A stretch of DNA of 63,989 nt, filler included, from Dirinaria sp. TL-2023a (GCA_051941275.1; 5 parts of 5 records of this genome joined end to end with filler, not necessarily neighbours in it); one strand, 5' to 3'; positions 38,668 through 51,579 are shown, numbered from the whole stretch's first letter. Numbers and translations: made by a program. The notes: a model not told the origin generated them from the letters alone.

Positions 38668-38767
38668 NNNNNNNNNNNNNNNNNNNNNNNNNNNNNNNNN
38701 NNNNNNNNNNNTTAATTAATTAANNNNNNNNNNNNNNNNNNNNNNNNNNNNNNNNNNNNNNNNNNNN
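38668..38767. other. Artificial contig linker
   Basis: N44-TTAATTAATTAA-N44. Confidence 0.98.
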
Positions 38768-39904
38768 GGATGGAAGGGATAGGTGGGGAGGGAGGTTGAG
38801 CTTGGGTGTAAATAAGTGACATTAGATATACGAAGCAGTTTTTGTTTTAGGCGCTGAGGGTAGGGTATGATAATGATGAGGAAGACGTCTTTTTTCATTA
38901 AAAAGAATGGAAAAAAAAAAAAGAAAAAAGAAAAAGAGAAAAGATACGCAATCCGCACCTGGGAAAGGTTCTAATTGCATTATTATTTATTCGAACTGCT
39001 CGGTAGAATGAATAATGCAGCTTATAGACTCAAGCCTAGCTCTACCTTACACCTTGACCACTAGTCTGCTAAGGGTCCAAGGAGGGTCCAAGGGTCCAAC
39101 ATCCAGTATAGATGCCATCCGGTTCATCTAGTAGGAGACCTACGGGTACTCCGTACTGTAGACCACTAGCACCTACATCACATACCTTAGTAGTTCTTAT
39201 TCCCTCACCACATGCCTAGTATTATTAGTCATCCTCGTACTCGTACATGAGATGACCATACATAGTACCCTAATACGCCATCATTTCTTGCCATAGAATT
39301 GGAAGTCTCTCAGAAGGACACACGTTAGCAAGCATGAGTAGCGGCTCGGGAATGAGGAGTTTCGCTTAGAAGAGCGCCAGCGGAAATACTGTAATTATTC
39401 AGATACGGATCAGAGTATGAAGAAAGAAGAGGAAAAGAGGAAGTGTGTGTGTCGCGTAGATGAAGAGCTACCTTAGGCGCACAAGTACAAGGTCCAATTA
39501 AGTGACAAAGGGGTCCAGTTTTGCCGAGTCGCATCGAGGTTACTCGTACTGCAAGTGGGCCCTTTTCTTTTCAAGATCGGGCCAAATGCAGGGCACGCGA
39601 CACAATAGATTGCAGCATCGGCCAAACAGGTATGTGGGGGAGGGAGGGGGGGGTTTACTGCGACTTGCAAAACATCGGGTCACGCATTTACGGGCGCGCC
39701 TTTCGGCTGCCATGCGAAACTACTTGTCGGAAATTATGCTGTTGGAGTGGTTTGTCAGGAGGGGAAAAGAACGCATTTTGGTATCGTGAAGCCGATTCTC
39801 CTCTATTTTGCAGATTCCTCGTGGTTTGTCCGACGTGGTTTTCGGTTCTCCAATGTCTGTTATCCAAAGGAGCTGTCAGGGACTCGTACACCTACGAACC
39901 GGGC

Positions 39905-40573
39905 ATGAAGTTGCGGCGGCGCTCGTTCGGCCACGATGCGTTGCTGTGGTTGGCTGTGCAAATTTTTCTTCTCGTGTGTGCAGCTGTGTCTGCTGCTTCG
40001 ATAGCCCTACCTCAGAACGTCGAGCAGATAGGGCTTCGTAGACCCGATAATCGATCTGATCGATCCTTCTCACTGCTCGCGCACCGCCATCACGCCTTTC
40101 TCCCCTACCGCAAGAACTTCGCCTCCTCCTCCTCCTACACACTTTCGAAGCGCACGCACAACATGCGGATCCACGACGTGAAAGTGTACGCCATCACCAT
40201 GCCCGTCTTCCGAGCCGCAGCATCGCTCTCGTCATTCTATGCCGCCATCGTCCGCGAATGCGCCTCCAATTGGATCGACATCCCACCCCTCTGGTCGCTG
40301 CGCATCTCGAGTGGGGTCTTCGCGCTGGCAATGCAAGGCGTTGGCCAGCCGATCCCGTGGGCCCTGGTGGCCGAGGTGGCGGCGAACATGCTGATGGTCA
40401 CGACAACGGGGTTTACGGGGACGTATGATCTCCGCTACGTCAATACGGCGGCCTTGAACGGTGAAGAGGTAGGGCAGATCGTTAGGGAGGGCGTGTCCGT
40501 GCAATTTAGGATAGGAGACTTTGTGGGGCAGATGGGGAGCATAAATATCGATATGCCTCTCCAAAGATTCTGA
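39905..40573 (+). CDS. Secreted hypothetical protein (222 aa) with probable Kex2-type propeptide
   Basis: ATG 39905 inside ORF 39521-40573; hydrophobic signal LLWLAVQIFLLVCAAVSA; LSKR site before a globular domain (P..RAAASLSSFY...IPWALVAEVAANML...GFTGTY); GC-rich codon usage. Confidence 0.72.
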   Translation: MKLRRRSFGHDALLWLAVQIFLLVCAAVSAASIALPQNVEQIGLRRPDNRSDRSFSLLAHRHHAFLPYRKNFASSSSYTLSKRTHNMRIHDVKVYAITMPVFRAAASLSSFYAAIVRECASNWIDIPPLWSLRISSGVFALAMQGVGQPIPWALVAEVAANMLMVTTTGFTGTYDLRYVNTAALNGEEVGQIVREGVSVQFRIGDFVGQMGSINIDMPLQRF

Positions 40574-41621
40574 AACGCGATCGTCAGTGAAGGCGAGCAG
40601 GATGCGTGAGCGGACGAACAGCGTTCCTCGAGCTGGAGTATCGATAGTGCCAGGACCTGGAGGATATGGATTCTGAGGATGCCTTAGACAAAACTGAGGA
40701 CGCAAATCGTTCATGGCGCCGACTGCGGCCGTGCTTTAAAGCCTGCTGCAGAGAATGAGGCAAGAGGCATCGAATTCTGAAGAGTGAGTTCTGGCAGCTT
40801 TGCCGGCTCTGCTAGCCTTGGTTTTATGGGAACCGTTTGCCCTATGTGATTCCCTTCTTTGACGACCGCCCAGTCACTACGATGAGCGAACTCTTAGCAC
40901 CCTTCCTCCGTCGTTATGACTGATTCAGTCCAATTGCCGTGCAGCATTACTATCTTTGCAGTCGTGTCAAATGCTGGTGCAGGCAGAATTTCTGAGAAAT
41001 TTTGAGGCAGCTACCGCGGCATATTAAAATCGACCATATACGGACGCCGCACATTGATCAACAAGATGGAATCTGTGCTTGACTGGGAAAATCACAGTCC
41101 TGGGATGAAAGCTCCGTTGATCTGGTATAATGGTCGGCAACAACCCCGAAAATCTACTGCTAAGCCGAGAAACCCCCTGGAAAAGAGTAATTTGTGTCTG
41201 GCACTTAGCATTTCCCAGAGGTCTTAATGAACTCGGAGCAACGTTATGACAGCTATTTTTGGTTGCGTTGAGAAGAGAGACCAAGTCCTTGGACTTCCAG
41301 CAGCCACAGTTGGCGTTAGGAATCGAAACTGAGCAGAGCTACGCTGTGACGACGATAATTCTGCGAATGGTAAACAAAGTTTTACCGTGTTGAATGCTTT
41401 TGAGAAGTGAATCAAAAATCTTAATCGAAAGATTCCTGACCAGCTCGTGCCCAATTTTCTTGGGCAAAGTTTTGTGCCAAACAAGGAAATCAACCATCTT
41501 TTGCTTGAGTGGTGTAACGGGTAACGTCCAACGAGAGATTCCATTTGGATGCTGACTTCCACATACATTGCAAAGTTTTCGTCTTCTGAGATACGCCAAT
41601 GACCCGTTCTCGCCCTAAGTA

Positions 41622-42845
41622 TCAATAGTCTATTTGGGCAGCCGCCTCCGACTCTTGACACCTTCTTCGGGAAGACTGAGCTTTTTTGCCCTTGATCAAC
41701 TTCTTCAGAGCGTCTCTCTGTATTCTCCATATAGGCTCTCCCAATTTAATCCAACGTTCGCCGAAGGATCCAAGGATTTCTGCAACTTCTTCTACTCTCA
41801 CGTGCTCCTCAGAACCATCTGTTGAATCCGCGATCTCCGGATCACTCAATATTTTGAATGTTGCATTTTTCCAAGTCGTTTTCCACTCATTGACAGCACC
41901 TAAGGCTGCTGGCTCAAGCGGTTGCACGTCCTTGGCGATGAGGTAGAATGAACTTCTCTTTCGATGAGCTGCAAGTGGTTTGAATAGTTCTATCTGAGAA
42001 AATCTGTCGAAGAGCCTGAGCAGTTTCATAGTCCTCCACTCCTCGACTTTGTGAAGGAGCATGATGAGGGTCCCACCCGGTTTGATGCGTTGTAGTGCTA
42101 GGATGAGCTGGCTACACGTCAGCCGCGCAGCCTCCGATTGTTCACGCCTGCTTTCTCGATGCGGCTGATGTGTACGTAACACCTGACCATCGCAAAAGAC
42201 AAGGTCGTATCGTTTAGTCCACCAGGGTCGCTTGAGAGTGAGTTGTAAAATGCCTTGACGATCTGTTGGTAATTCTGTAAGACCATACTCAGCCGCCAGC
42301 ATGGTGATATCCATGAATTGGATCTCAATTCGTGGATCTCTGCGTCCAAAAGGGATTAAAAGCTGATGGCCACCGACTGTGTTAGGCAAAGTTAAGCCTG
42401 ACACATGTGCATGCGGAGAATGCTTGAGCGCCGATGCACTGTATCCACCAGGAGCCATACAGATATCTAGGATTTCTGCTCCTGATTTAGGGAGACTAAG
42501 GGCTCCGGTAGCTTCTTGAATTTCCTCCCCAATCCGCTGCATAAGGTTGTAGAAGCCTTTTCGTGCTCTAGGTGAAACAGATGCCTCATCTGCGACTCGT
42601 TGCTGTTGCTGAAAATGCTCGTGCACTTGTTCGTTTTTCCATCCCTACGGGACGGTATTAGCGGTAATTCCCAGTACTCTTACCAGAAAGTGGGTGAAGC
42701 TGCGGTCGCCACTTACTTCTTCTTGCAGCTTGGCCAGCTGACAGAAAATCTCCGAACGAGCGCTTAAAAAGCTGATGACCGGTCCTTTGATCGACTTCAT
42801 CTTCTGATTAACAGTATCATTGGTCAAAGTGACCATGTTGTCCAT
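41622..42845 (-). CDS. FtsJ/RrmJ-like SAM-dependent methyltransferase, fungal type (383 aa)
   Basis: Exon 42845-42717, intron 42645-42716 (GTAAGT...TAG), exon to 41622. Motifs ILDICMAPGGYS, FMDITMLA, YDLVFCDGQVLRTH, GGTLIMLLHK and KP..AHRKRSSFYL. Confidence 0.88.
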
Positions 42846-44524
42846 CCCAAGAACCGCGCCTGGAAAGCGAGAGCCTGCAACGAAGATTTGCAGGGAAAGT
42901 CTGGAGTCGAAAAGAAAAGCGTAACGATACTCCGTAGATCATTTATTGTGTTGAAGACGCGATGGGGTCTTACTGGAATGAAACGACCAAGTAATTATAC
43001 GATGCCGTAATATCGTCCTGAGACTTTGAGCAGCAGCTGGAGATAACAATTGTATGCCTTGGAAAGACGAGCGGGTTGAGCATCTTCTGAAAAAGAGGAG
43101 AGCAGCCCATTCCCGCCTGTTAGATTGTGACAGCACATAGGGCCAGCATACGCTGGCCTTTGATCCAATGACATTTCATTACCAAAGCAGCGGAATTGAT
43201 CGTCCTCGTCCTGCACTGAACTGGAATTTCCAAGGCAATTTGGGGTCGCACATGAGCGGAGACGGATATTGATCCCCGGATAGTGAGTAATAACCAATGA
43301 GCCTCGATCATATTTCCAACCTCTGCTCAAAGGAGGAATCGATTCTTAGGGTGCGAACACTAAGTAGGCCAATTCTCGACCTCGACATGCCAAACAGTAA
43401 GCCATGATTGACTGGGAGGGTCGCTATCTCGAATCGAGATCTGAGTGCAAGCTATGCCTAATTAAGATTTCTTCTATTGTGTTTTGTCGAATATTTTACT
43501 GCCTGCCGTATTGCTTTCCATACTGCCTGTCATATTAACCACCACGCTATAGATCACATGGAAGGCAGTGTGACAGAAACAGTCGAAAACGTGCGATCAG
43601 TGCGAAGAAGAACACAATTGAAAGAATTGTGCATACAACCTGAAGTAGAGGCATTGCGGATCCGTACACATCAAGCGATGAAATGTAGCCAAAAAGAAAA
43701 CCCCACCAGAAATAAAGATGCCAAAATGCGAAAAAAGCCAAAAGAGTGAAGAGAGAGAAGCAAATTTGTGGTGATACGACATAGCAATAGCTAGATAGCA
43801 CAGGGACAGCAAGAAACCTACATTCCGTACGGAGAAGAAGGAGAAGAAGAAGAAGAGGAAGAAGAACAACAGAACGTTTGAGGTATCTCACAGCAAAACC
43901 ACCATCACCAACCCAGAATACCTAAACGCCAAGAGAAAATAGGAGGAAGCTAAGTCAGCAGCCAAGCTTTACGAAGCTGCTGTACTCGTACCTCCCTCTG
44001 TCATCTCTCCTATCTACATGTACTTTCCAGAAAGAAAGAAGAAAAAAGAAAAAGAAACATCTTCGCGACTACGATCCTTTTCCCATCCCATCGAGTGATT
44101 TGTTTCTCTTAGACCCTGGCCGTCACACGCCGAACAAAACAATTTTATGTTTGAGCGAGTTTCGTATGGTATAAATGGTTTAGTCTCTAGGCTTCTGGCA
44201 CACTTTTGGATTTGCCTCTTACGTCACTGCTACTTCGAGCTTGCTGAGCTAGAAGAGAGCGGAAGAGTGGGCGGGCGGGGAGATAAGAATAAGTATAACA
44301 GAGCAAAGAGGCGAGCAAAATGCCCCTGAACCTTCTAATCTGACAAGCCCAATCACCGACTGCGTTCTCGACATGAGAACACCCAGTGAGACCGCTCAAT
44401 TTCGCATCGCTCGACCGTTTCGCGATTTTCTCCCAGACAGGGGGAAGATATCGTTTTTCTCTCGCGTTGCTTAGGAATACACCGAACTCGAGTAGATAGC
44501 TGGTCGAGTCTGTAGTATCTAGAA

Positions 44525-46636
44525 TTAGTCATGGCTTTTGAATATTTGAGGGTCACTGCAAAAGTTTGACACTGTTCTTACCTTGCCAGTGATGCCGTGC
44601 ACGGAACCGACAGACGGCATATTCTCCTTACCCTTAGACACCCCTTCGCTCGATCGCTGTCCCGGTTCCAGAAAATTACCCACCCTTCTCAAACCCCGTC
44701 TGCTACGAGGACCGTTCACTGATACCGTCGGGAAATTAGTGTGCTCTTCCAGTTCATAAAGACTGTGCAGTGTGTTTCCCTTCTTCATCCTCATAGTACA
44801 CCTGAGGTCGAGCCAAGGCAGCCGTTCACGCAGCTCTTCTGGAATGGTGCTTCCTGCGGTGATGTCACGTTTCTTTAAGACTGCAGCAGTAGCTTGTGTA
44901 GTAGCGTCCGCCAATGACATGGAAGGTATACGGGATGAGCTCAGGCTTGTGCTATGCGCTACTAGCCTCGGAGTAGTTGGGCTCATCGGCCCAGTATTAC
45001 TGCCCCTTGAAGCACGCTTTCGAAGCGGACCGGATTTGAGATACGGTGCGTTCAGCATCTCCCTGGGAGCCATAGCTAGGTTCGGTCCTGAGACATTCGC
45101 AGCAGGGGGATTTCTGTAGTCGCGAATATCCTCATAGTAAAAGCCATAAACCGCAGGTGAGGTCGGCCGTACGGTAGTGAAAGAATCGCTGATAGCTTCA
45201 CTAAGGGCGCGTGGCACAGCTCCGAATGATGCTTCACTCTCTGTGTGGTAGGATACAGCATCGTCAAGAGACCCTTCATTCTCGTATTCGCGCAACATAT
45301 CCCCAGTAACTGTGGAAGGCTCTTGAATGGAGATCTGCACTCTGGAAATAGTTCTCTTGCCGAGATGGCCAGACTTTCGCTTGATGCTCGACAAAAGCCT
45401 GTTGATCGAAGGTCTTGCACGTGGTTTCCATCGTTGAGTGAGACTCTGTGATTGTTGCCAGCGTGAAGGCCCATTCATACGGGAACTCTTGAGTTGGAAT
45501 GGCAGATTGGATTGGGCATTTCCCACATAGCCTAAGTCTCTTCTAAGAAAGTCTAGCGAGTTATCCAACTTCGCGGCAGCAGTATGCATTTCCGATGGGC
45601 CAATTCCATAGGCGGCAGAAACAGTAAACGGGGATGAGAAATTAGGACTTGACCGGACAGCACGCCGTCCTCCTTGGTTGTATGGAGATTCACCCTTCTC
45701 ATTGACTAGAGCTAAAGGCCGTTTGGAAGCGCTTTCATCTGGTTGGAAAGCAAAAGTAGGATGATCGCTTTGAGACGAGGTCATCGTGTATCTAGCGGTC
45801 TCGTGACCAAAAAGATTGTTCGCCCAGACTGGAGTACGAAAGTCGTGAGTAGGCATGATGAATTGTGTAATCGTCGCTCTACTGGTTTCGGAACTATTGG
45901 CTTGCCAAGCGCCGGCTCGGTCTGAAGTAACGAATCTCCTGCGGACCGTATTGGACTCGTTGTATTCCGATGAGGAATGCCGAAGACCGCTGCTCATCAT
46001 GTACAAGAGTGGTGGTGGTCGAGGTTCAGCAGGACCGTCGAACTCACCATCTAGTGGACGTTCGAATCGACCATCGAGCTGCTCCAGAGAATCATGGTCT
46101 CGACCCCGTTGTTTGGTTACCCTGCGTCCTCCTGCACGGGAGCTTCTGGAGTGAACAGGAGGGGGTTCTGGTATGACACCCATCTCCATGTCCACGGGAT
46201 CACTAGAGCCAGGAGCATTGGGTTTTCGCATCCTGGACCAGTATGGTAAGCGTCGTAGGCGGCTCCTGTTCCTTGTGTTTAAAAGTCGTTCCACCCTGGA
46301 TCCGTCAGGAGTCCACGATATTTGGACCAGATGCGCCGTGGTGACTTTCCACCCGAAAAAGTGTCTGGTCCCCGGAGTCCGTCCACGCTTTTGAGCATTC
46401 TTGAGGTATCTGTCCTCGTTCACCCAACCATGACACGTTTTGACATAGACCCGATCACCTTTTTCGCGTTTCACTCTCCACCAGCCCCAATTCTGGATCA
46501 ATTTCCAGAGCAAGAGGAAGAAGAAAGGCGCGAAGGTGATTGATAGGGCAACGATGGAAAATATTTTGGCGAAGCCTATACTGCCGGAATCTCCACCCTT
46601 CATCCAGTGGACGACACTCCTCGCCGCGAGAGGCAT
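44525..46636 (-). CDS. Hypothetical protein with one N-terminal TM helix and long disordered tail (703 aa)
   Basis: Uninterrupted 2112-nt ORF; TM segment IFSIVALSITFAPFFFLLLW followed by YVKTCHGWV; S/R/P-rich remainder. Confidence 0.75.
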   Translation of the reverse strand: MPLAARSVVHWMKGGDSGSIGFAKIFSIVALSITFAPFFFLLLWKLIQNWGWWRVKREKGDRVYVKTCHGWVNEDRYLKNAQKRGRTPGTRHFFGWKVTTAHLVQISWTPDGSRVERLLNTRNRSRLRRLPYWSRMRKPNAPGSSDPVDMEMGVIPEPPPVHSRSSRAGGRRVTKQRGRDHDSLEQLDGRFERPLDGEFDGPAEPRPPPLLYMMSSGLRHSSSEYNESNTVRRRFVTSDRAGAWQANSSETSRATITQFIMPTHDFRTPVWANNLFGHETARYTMTSSQSDHPTFAFQPDESASKRPLALVNEKGESPYNQGGRRAVRSSPNFSSPFTVSAAYGIGPSEMHTAAAKLDNSLDFLRRDLGYVGNAQSNLPFQLKSSRMNGPSRWQQSQSLTQRWKPRARPSINRLLSSIKRKSGHLGKRTISRVQISIQEPSTVTGDMLREYENEGSLDDAVSYHTESEASFGAVPRALSEAISDSFTTVRPTSPAVYGFYYEDIRDYRNPPAANVSGPNLAMAPREMLNAPYLKSGPLRKRASRGSNTGPMSPTTPRLVAHSTSLSSSRIPSMSLADATTQATAAVLKKRDITAGSTIPEELRERLPWLDLRCTMRMKKGNTLHSLYELEEHTNFPTVSVNGPRSRRGLRRVGNFLEPGQRSSEGVSKGKENMPSVGSVHGITGKVRTVSNFCSDPQIFKSHD

Positions 46637-47750
46637 CGCAGTCGTTGCCTCCGTTCGGTGATCTGGTAGACGGCCCAGACAGCGAGTGTGAAAGCGGCAA
46701 GAGCAACGAAGATAATAAGTGCGTAGTTGATAATGCCCAGTTGGCTCATGCTGATGATGCAGAATACTTCATGGGTAATGTATAGAGAGTTGTGCCGACA
46801 ACATTGGCACGATACAAAGTCGTGAAAAATGTCTGAGAGCGTTTTCAAAGAAAGATTATGAATATCAAGTGCACGACTGTCCATCTTGTTTGGCAGGCTC
46901 CAAGTTGTTACATTGAAATCAGGAAGTAACTACCTACCTTTACATTCTCGAGGCCATGGAGGCTCTCAGGGCAGCTACTTCTCCCTACGCCAATTCGCAG
47001 GAGCAGGTACGAGTACGTGGAGAGCCGGTAACACCAGTCCGACGGGCGTGGACGGACCTCCTATCGTAGAGCATGAGGTCGGGTAGCAACGACAGGATCC
47101 ATCCATCCCTCCTTACTAAGGTAGGTAGAGAAAGGGATCTGACTGCCGGCACATATTTCGAGTCCTCATTCTACTGTATTAGCTCGGCAAATCTTCGCCG
47201 ACTTTACGTAATCAGAATTATAAGCAAATGATAGTGATAGGCTGCTCTGATCCTTTTTGGGCAGTATCATGCTACCATGAACGGGGTTTGCCAGAATCGG
47301 TCAAGTGGTCACAAGTCACTCTCTGATGCCATTTGAAGCGGGGGGATGAGAATCTAGTATCGATCAATATATGCAGCAGGATGATGGAGTCCTGCAACTG
47401 CACCTCGGCCATTTCAGGGATTTCTCTTTTTTCTTTGGCCGTCTGCCAGGGCGCATACGGCAGATGCGGTCATGATTAAGCGATGCCAGATTCGATGATG
47501 GAGAAATTCGAAGCGAACGGCCACAAAACGCAAAATACAGACTGTGAGGCAGCCAATCGGACCGACGAAACCGTTAGGAGAGATCGGTCGAGGAAAAGAA
47601 ATCAAGGCTACGGGAGCATCGCTGAGATCTGGCTGCAATCAGATTTCCAGATCTCATTATCTCATTATCTCAATATTGGCACATGGAGATTTGGAAGGAT
47701 ACACTCGAACCCTCGAACAGATTCGGATCTGAAGGGGGAGGACTTGGCTT

Positions 47751-47836
47751 AGCTTGGCGGAGCTTGGCGGAGCTTGGCGGATTTTAGTTGGCGGGTCGAG
47801 GAGGGTGTGGGTGTGTTGGGTGTGTTGGGTGTGTTT
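47751..47836. repeat. Short minisatellites (AGCTTGGCGG)x3 and (GGGTGTGTT)x3
   Basis: Directly visible tandem units. Confidence 0.8.
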
Positions 47837-49171
47837 GGGGGTGTGTGGGCGCAGCTTGATGTGGGCCGCAGCTTTGGTGCGAACCGGGAGCTCTTTACTG
47901 TTTTACAGGACCAGAACAAATCCAGGACCATCAATTGGTGGCTTGCGAGTGGCGTAGATGACTTCACCCAGGATCGTGAACCATGGTTGAGTTGCGGGTG
48001 ATGTGCGTCTGACAGATGCCGTTGAGATCGCTGCGATACACGCAACGTACGGTATGCCCGCTCCCAGCACTCGGCATATTGTTTATTTATATTGCGCGCC
48101 ACGATCGCGGACTACCGCAGATGGCTGGACACAGATGATGAGTGTGCAAGCCCGCCGGGCCATCGTGGCGTCGCGGGAGACTGGCTCATGAGGGTATCGA
48201 GTTAGAGCACTGCGGGTCGACGGGGTCCTATGGACGGACGCTTTCGGGGTGTGGTGGGGGTGGTGGAGAGTTGGTCGCGAAGGTAATAGATAGAGTAGCC
48301 AGTGCAGAAAGTTAAAAAAGTGACAGCTGTGATACTTTGACATCTTCACCAGAACCGCCGAAAGCTTAAGGCCGCTTGCAGTCCTGGTTCGTCGTCCAGA
48401 GGTATCGGGATCTGTAGGTTGGGGCGGGATGGCATCATCTCACACGTCCGCGAATCCCACAGCCCCGAAATCGACGGCCTCAAATCGATCAAATCCAGAG
48501 AAATAGTGCAAACGAGGCTTGATGCACGGATCAGGGTCTAGATCGCTGGGGATGCACCATCGGCGATTAAGCGAGTGAAGGCGCCGGGTGGCCGCATCGT
48601 CCAATTGCCATTGGGAGACGGAGGTGCAGAGCCGCATAGACGCTGGACCGGGGGGGGGTTTTGGAGGTGACGATTTCTTGATACAACCAACTCGCCCTCT
48701 CGCGACTAAAGGGAAAAAACAAAAGATAAAATAAAAACCCACGTGGGAACTGTAATACCCACGAACGATTCCTCGGCCGCGTATGGCTCGCTGGCGCCCC
48801 CCAATGCCAGATATGGCCGGCACTGCACTGGTTCGTGGGCCGCAAGCCTGTACAATCAACAGGGCCATATTCCAAATTCATCGCAGTCTTCTGTCACAGC
48901 TACCTCTCCTTGATCATCTGGGATGCCGTTTCGAGGAAGAGGACGTATAGTCGGGCTCTTGAGGGTGAAATCCAACCTTGGCGTTCTTGATATCATGGCT
49001 TGAAACCAAAGTAGATAAAGACGTAAAGGATCTCAGAAGCGCATATAGAACGACAAGCAAACAGTGCAAGATCTTCAAAGTAGCCGATAACCACTTCATC
49101 CTTGATCCGTGCTTGCTTAGAGACCCAACCTGAAACCATTGCCTCAGGGTTTTATGTGTACGCTCGAACCC

Positions 49172-49871
49172 ATGGATGCCTCGATAGACAACCCTCACTA
49201 CTTCATGAGAGTGGTGATAGAACCACGTCAAGCAGTCCGGCCTGGTCAATTGCTGCAACCTCCACTTATTGTGAGTCTCCACGAGCTCGAGAGAAAGCCA
49301 ACCGAGACCCAACGCTTAGTCAACGGGGTGCGGGAAAACGAAACTCCTCCAACTGAACAAGCTCGATCACCGAGCAAGGGTACAGTGGAACAACGTAGTG
49401 CACCGCCAAACCTCGAGTCCCTCTGGGCTTTTGTCCACCTCGTACCGGAAATGACTCCAGACTCGGAGGCCATGTACCATTGTGACCGGCCCAAATTAAG
49501 CGGTGTTTTGGCAGATACCCTGGAGGAACCGCTGAATCGCGGAGCTGACGAGGCTCTGGGATACTTCAAATTCGAGGACCTTACCATCAGTGACGCAGGT
49601 ACTTTCAGATTGCGCATCACGCTATGTCGGACAATCGTTCACAACGATGAGACAAGGTCCGCTATGGCAGGCGCAACGACCATAGCGTGTGTCGATACAA
49701 GAAGGGTTGTCGTCCATCCTTTGGCACCTTGCTATCCTCCAGGCAAGAGTTTATGTTCGTAATGAGCGAACATCTGTTCTCCACACTGTTGGGACATTCG
49801 GCTAACGGTTCGCAGATGCAAATGAGCAAGAGAGACTGGCAGAATTAAGTGCTCTGGGGGTCGTCGCATAA
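49172..49871 (+). CDS. Small velvet-domain-like protein (~208 aa)
   Basis: YFMRVVIEP...LQPPLIVSL, LWAFVHL, LSGVLADTL and GYFKFEDLTISDAGTFRLRITL resemble the velvet/NF-kB-like fold. A GC-AG intron at 49743-49815 (AG|GCAAGA...GCTAAC...CAG) adds the C-terminus DANEQERLAELSALGVVA. Alternative ATG at 49154. Confidence 0.72.
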
Positions 49872-50541
49872 CAGAACACGGTTTGGAAAGGGAGGAGGTT
49901 GTGACCGGAGTGTCTGATTCCGATCCGCTTGAGAGAAAGGGTCCATGTGAGGTGCCTTAGTCTTGGAAGACTTGGTCGTTGCCGTCACGTGATGCCGTCA
50001 CGAGCTGATGTTTGATCGGACTTTCTCGCTACATGTGTTGGAGATCAGCTGACGATGATGACCTTTCAAAATCTTCTGACCAGGTGAGGCTTGTTGTATC
50101 GTATATACAAACATTAGGGAATCCACCATAGAGTCTGTCTGGACGATAGCGGAAAATCCTGATGTCTTGTCCCAAAGCGCAGCACTCGTAATCTGCGCCT
50201 CTCAAATTCCTGGCCTCGCTTGTTCGTTCCGATGTAGGAGCGAGCGTGTAGTAAGCAGCCTTGCAAGCATGAGGCAGTCACAGCCTCAATTTTTCACGAC
50301 TTGAGTCACGTTCGATTGCCTCCTGCTCATCCGCGTGTCGTGCGAAGACATCGTGACCCTATTCAGCGCTCGTCGCTCAATATCCCTACCTCTTTTCGTC
50401 CATCATTCTCTCATACTTCTCGCAGATGTTGGCAAATAACAGTCATTTCCGAAAAATTCTTTTTCCACCCACAGAGGCGACTCGGGATCCCAGCCAGTTT
50501 TCAGAACCTTGAGCAGGAAACTTTTCGCTCGCTACTAACTC

Positions 50542-51081
50542 ATGCGCCATTTAAGGAAGCGGCATTCTTGGCCGCCTATGCGTAAAAACACCTCGATGTC
50601 TGCCAAAGAAAGTATTGATGCCGATCCCTTTGCATATTTCGTCTCGTCATCCGAAGAACGCGTTTTCGACGCCGGAATCAGTAACAAGCCACGATCTCAC
50701 TCGCTACCACCGTTCCACCGGAGGTCTCGAGTCCCGCTATCGATCTCTATAAATGGAAAATCCCCGACAGCGAGGCTCAAAAAGTGGATTGAGAGGGTGG
50801 AAGCCCTCTATTTCCATCGCACAACACCGGATATACCAACTCCAATAATCGAGCTTGTCGAGCCGCGGCAGCCAGCGTCCGTTCCTCCACTGCAGCCGAT
50901 TGCTAAATCAAGATCACCTCCGATCAGAGGTAGAGGCCATGCCCGCTCCACTTCGAACCAACGGGTGGCGGCCAATTGCAGGACGCCCCCAAGGCGACCT
51001 CGGGTGTGGAGAGAGCCTAGCTGCGACATCTGGCCGGTAGCCGAGGAGAACGACGAAGTAGGGCTGGGAATAACCACATGA
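50542..51081 (+). CDS. Hypothetical protein (true start probably 50578 or 50596)
   Basis: ORF with DPFAYFVSS...DAGI...RSHSLPP and C-terminal WREPSCDIWPVAEE, resembling a fungal family of unknown function. Confidence 0.6.
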   Translation: MRHLRKRHSWPPMRKNTSMSAKESIDADPFAYFVSSSEERVFDAGISNKPRSHSLPPFHRRSRVPLSISINGKSPTARLKKWIERVEALYFHRTTPDIPTPIIELVEPRQPASVPPLQPIAKSRSPPIRGRGHARSTSNQRVAANCRTPPRRPRVWREPSCDIWPVAEENDEVGLGITT

Positions 51082-51579
51082 ATAATCTGTCAAGCGTTCC
51101 AGAGAATTCTATCTTAGCAAACAATCTGGACAACATTTCCTGTCATGCTCGCCGAACCGTTTCACAAGTGCTCTCGTGCAGTGCATTCCCAGTACCCCAA
51201 TCCGGATGTTGGCGCTTCCCACATGATAGCTTATAACTTTGCTGCATCTACCGATTTAGGCCTGCTACCCTTTTATTTCATCACGATCCTTTGTGCTTAA
51301 TCAGCGATCCGGCCTCATAAATATTTCTTCCCCGCGGCCACCACTCTACTCCTGAACACCGGGCTTTTCAAGACCGCCTCGGTACTCTGAAAAGGGTTCA
51401 TGATAGCCTTAATCCAGACCTCAAAGACTTCAACGAAGAAGAGCCGTATTGCCTCTTCAGTCTGAGGGCTAGTTGGATTGTTCGCTATCAGCGTACTACT
51501 ACTCTTCGAGCTCGACGAAGTCGGAGGTGTGGATGTGTATGGGCCGAAAGGAGGAAAGGAGCCGGGGGCGGGGTGGAAC

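Noticed and set aside
39521..39904. N-terminal 128 aa of the 350-aa ORF
   Set aside because: It depends on a TTG start; the first ATG followed by a signal peptide is at 39905.
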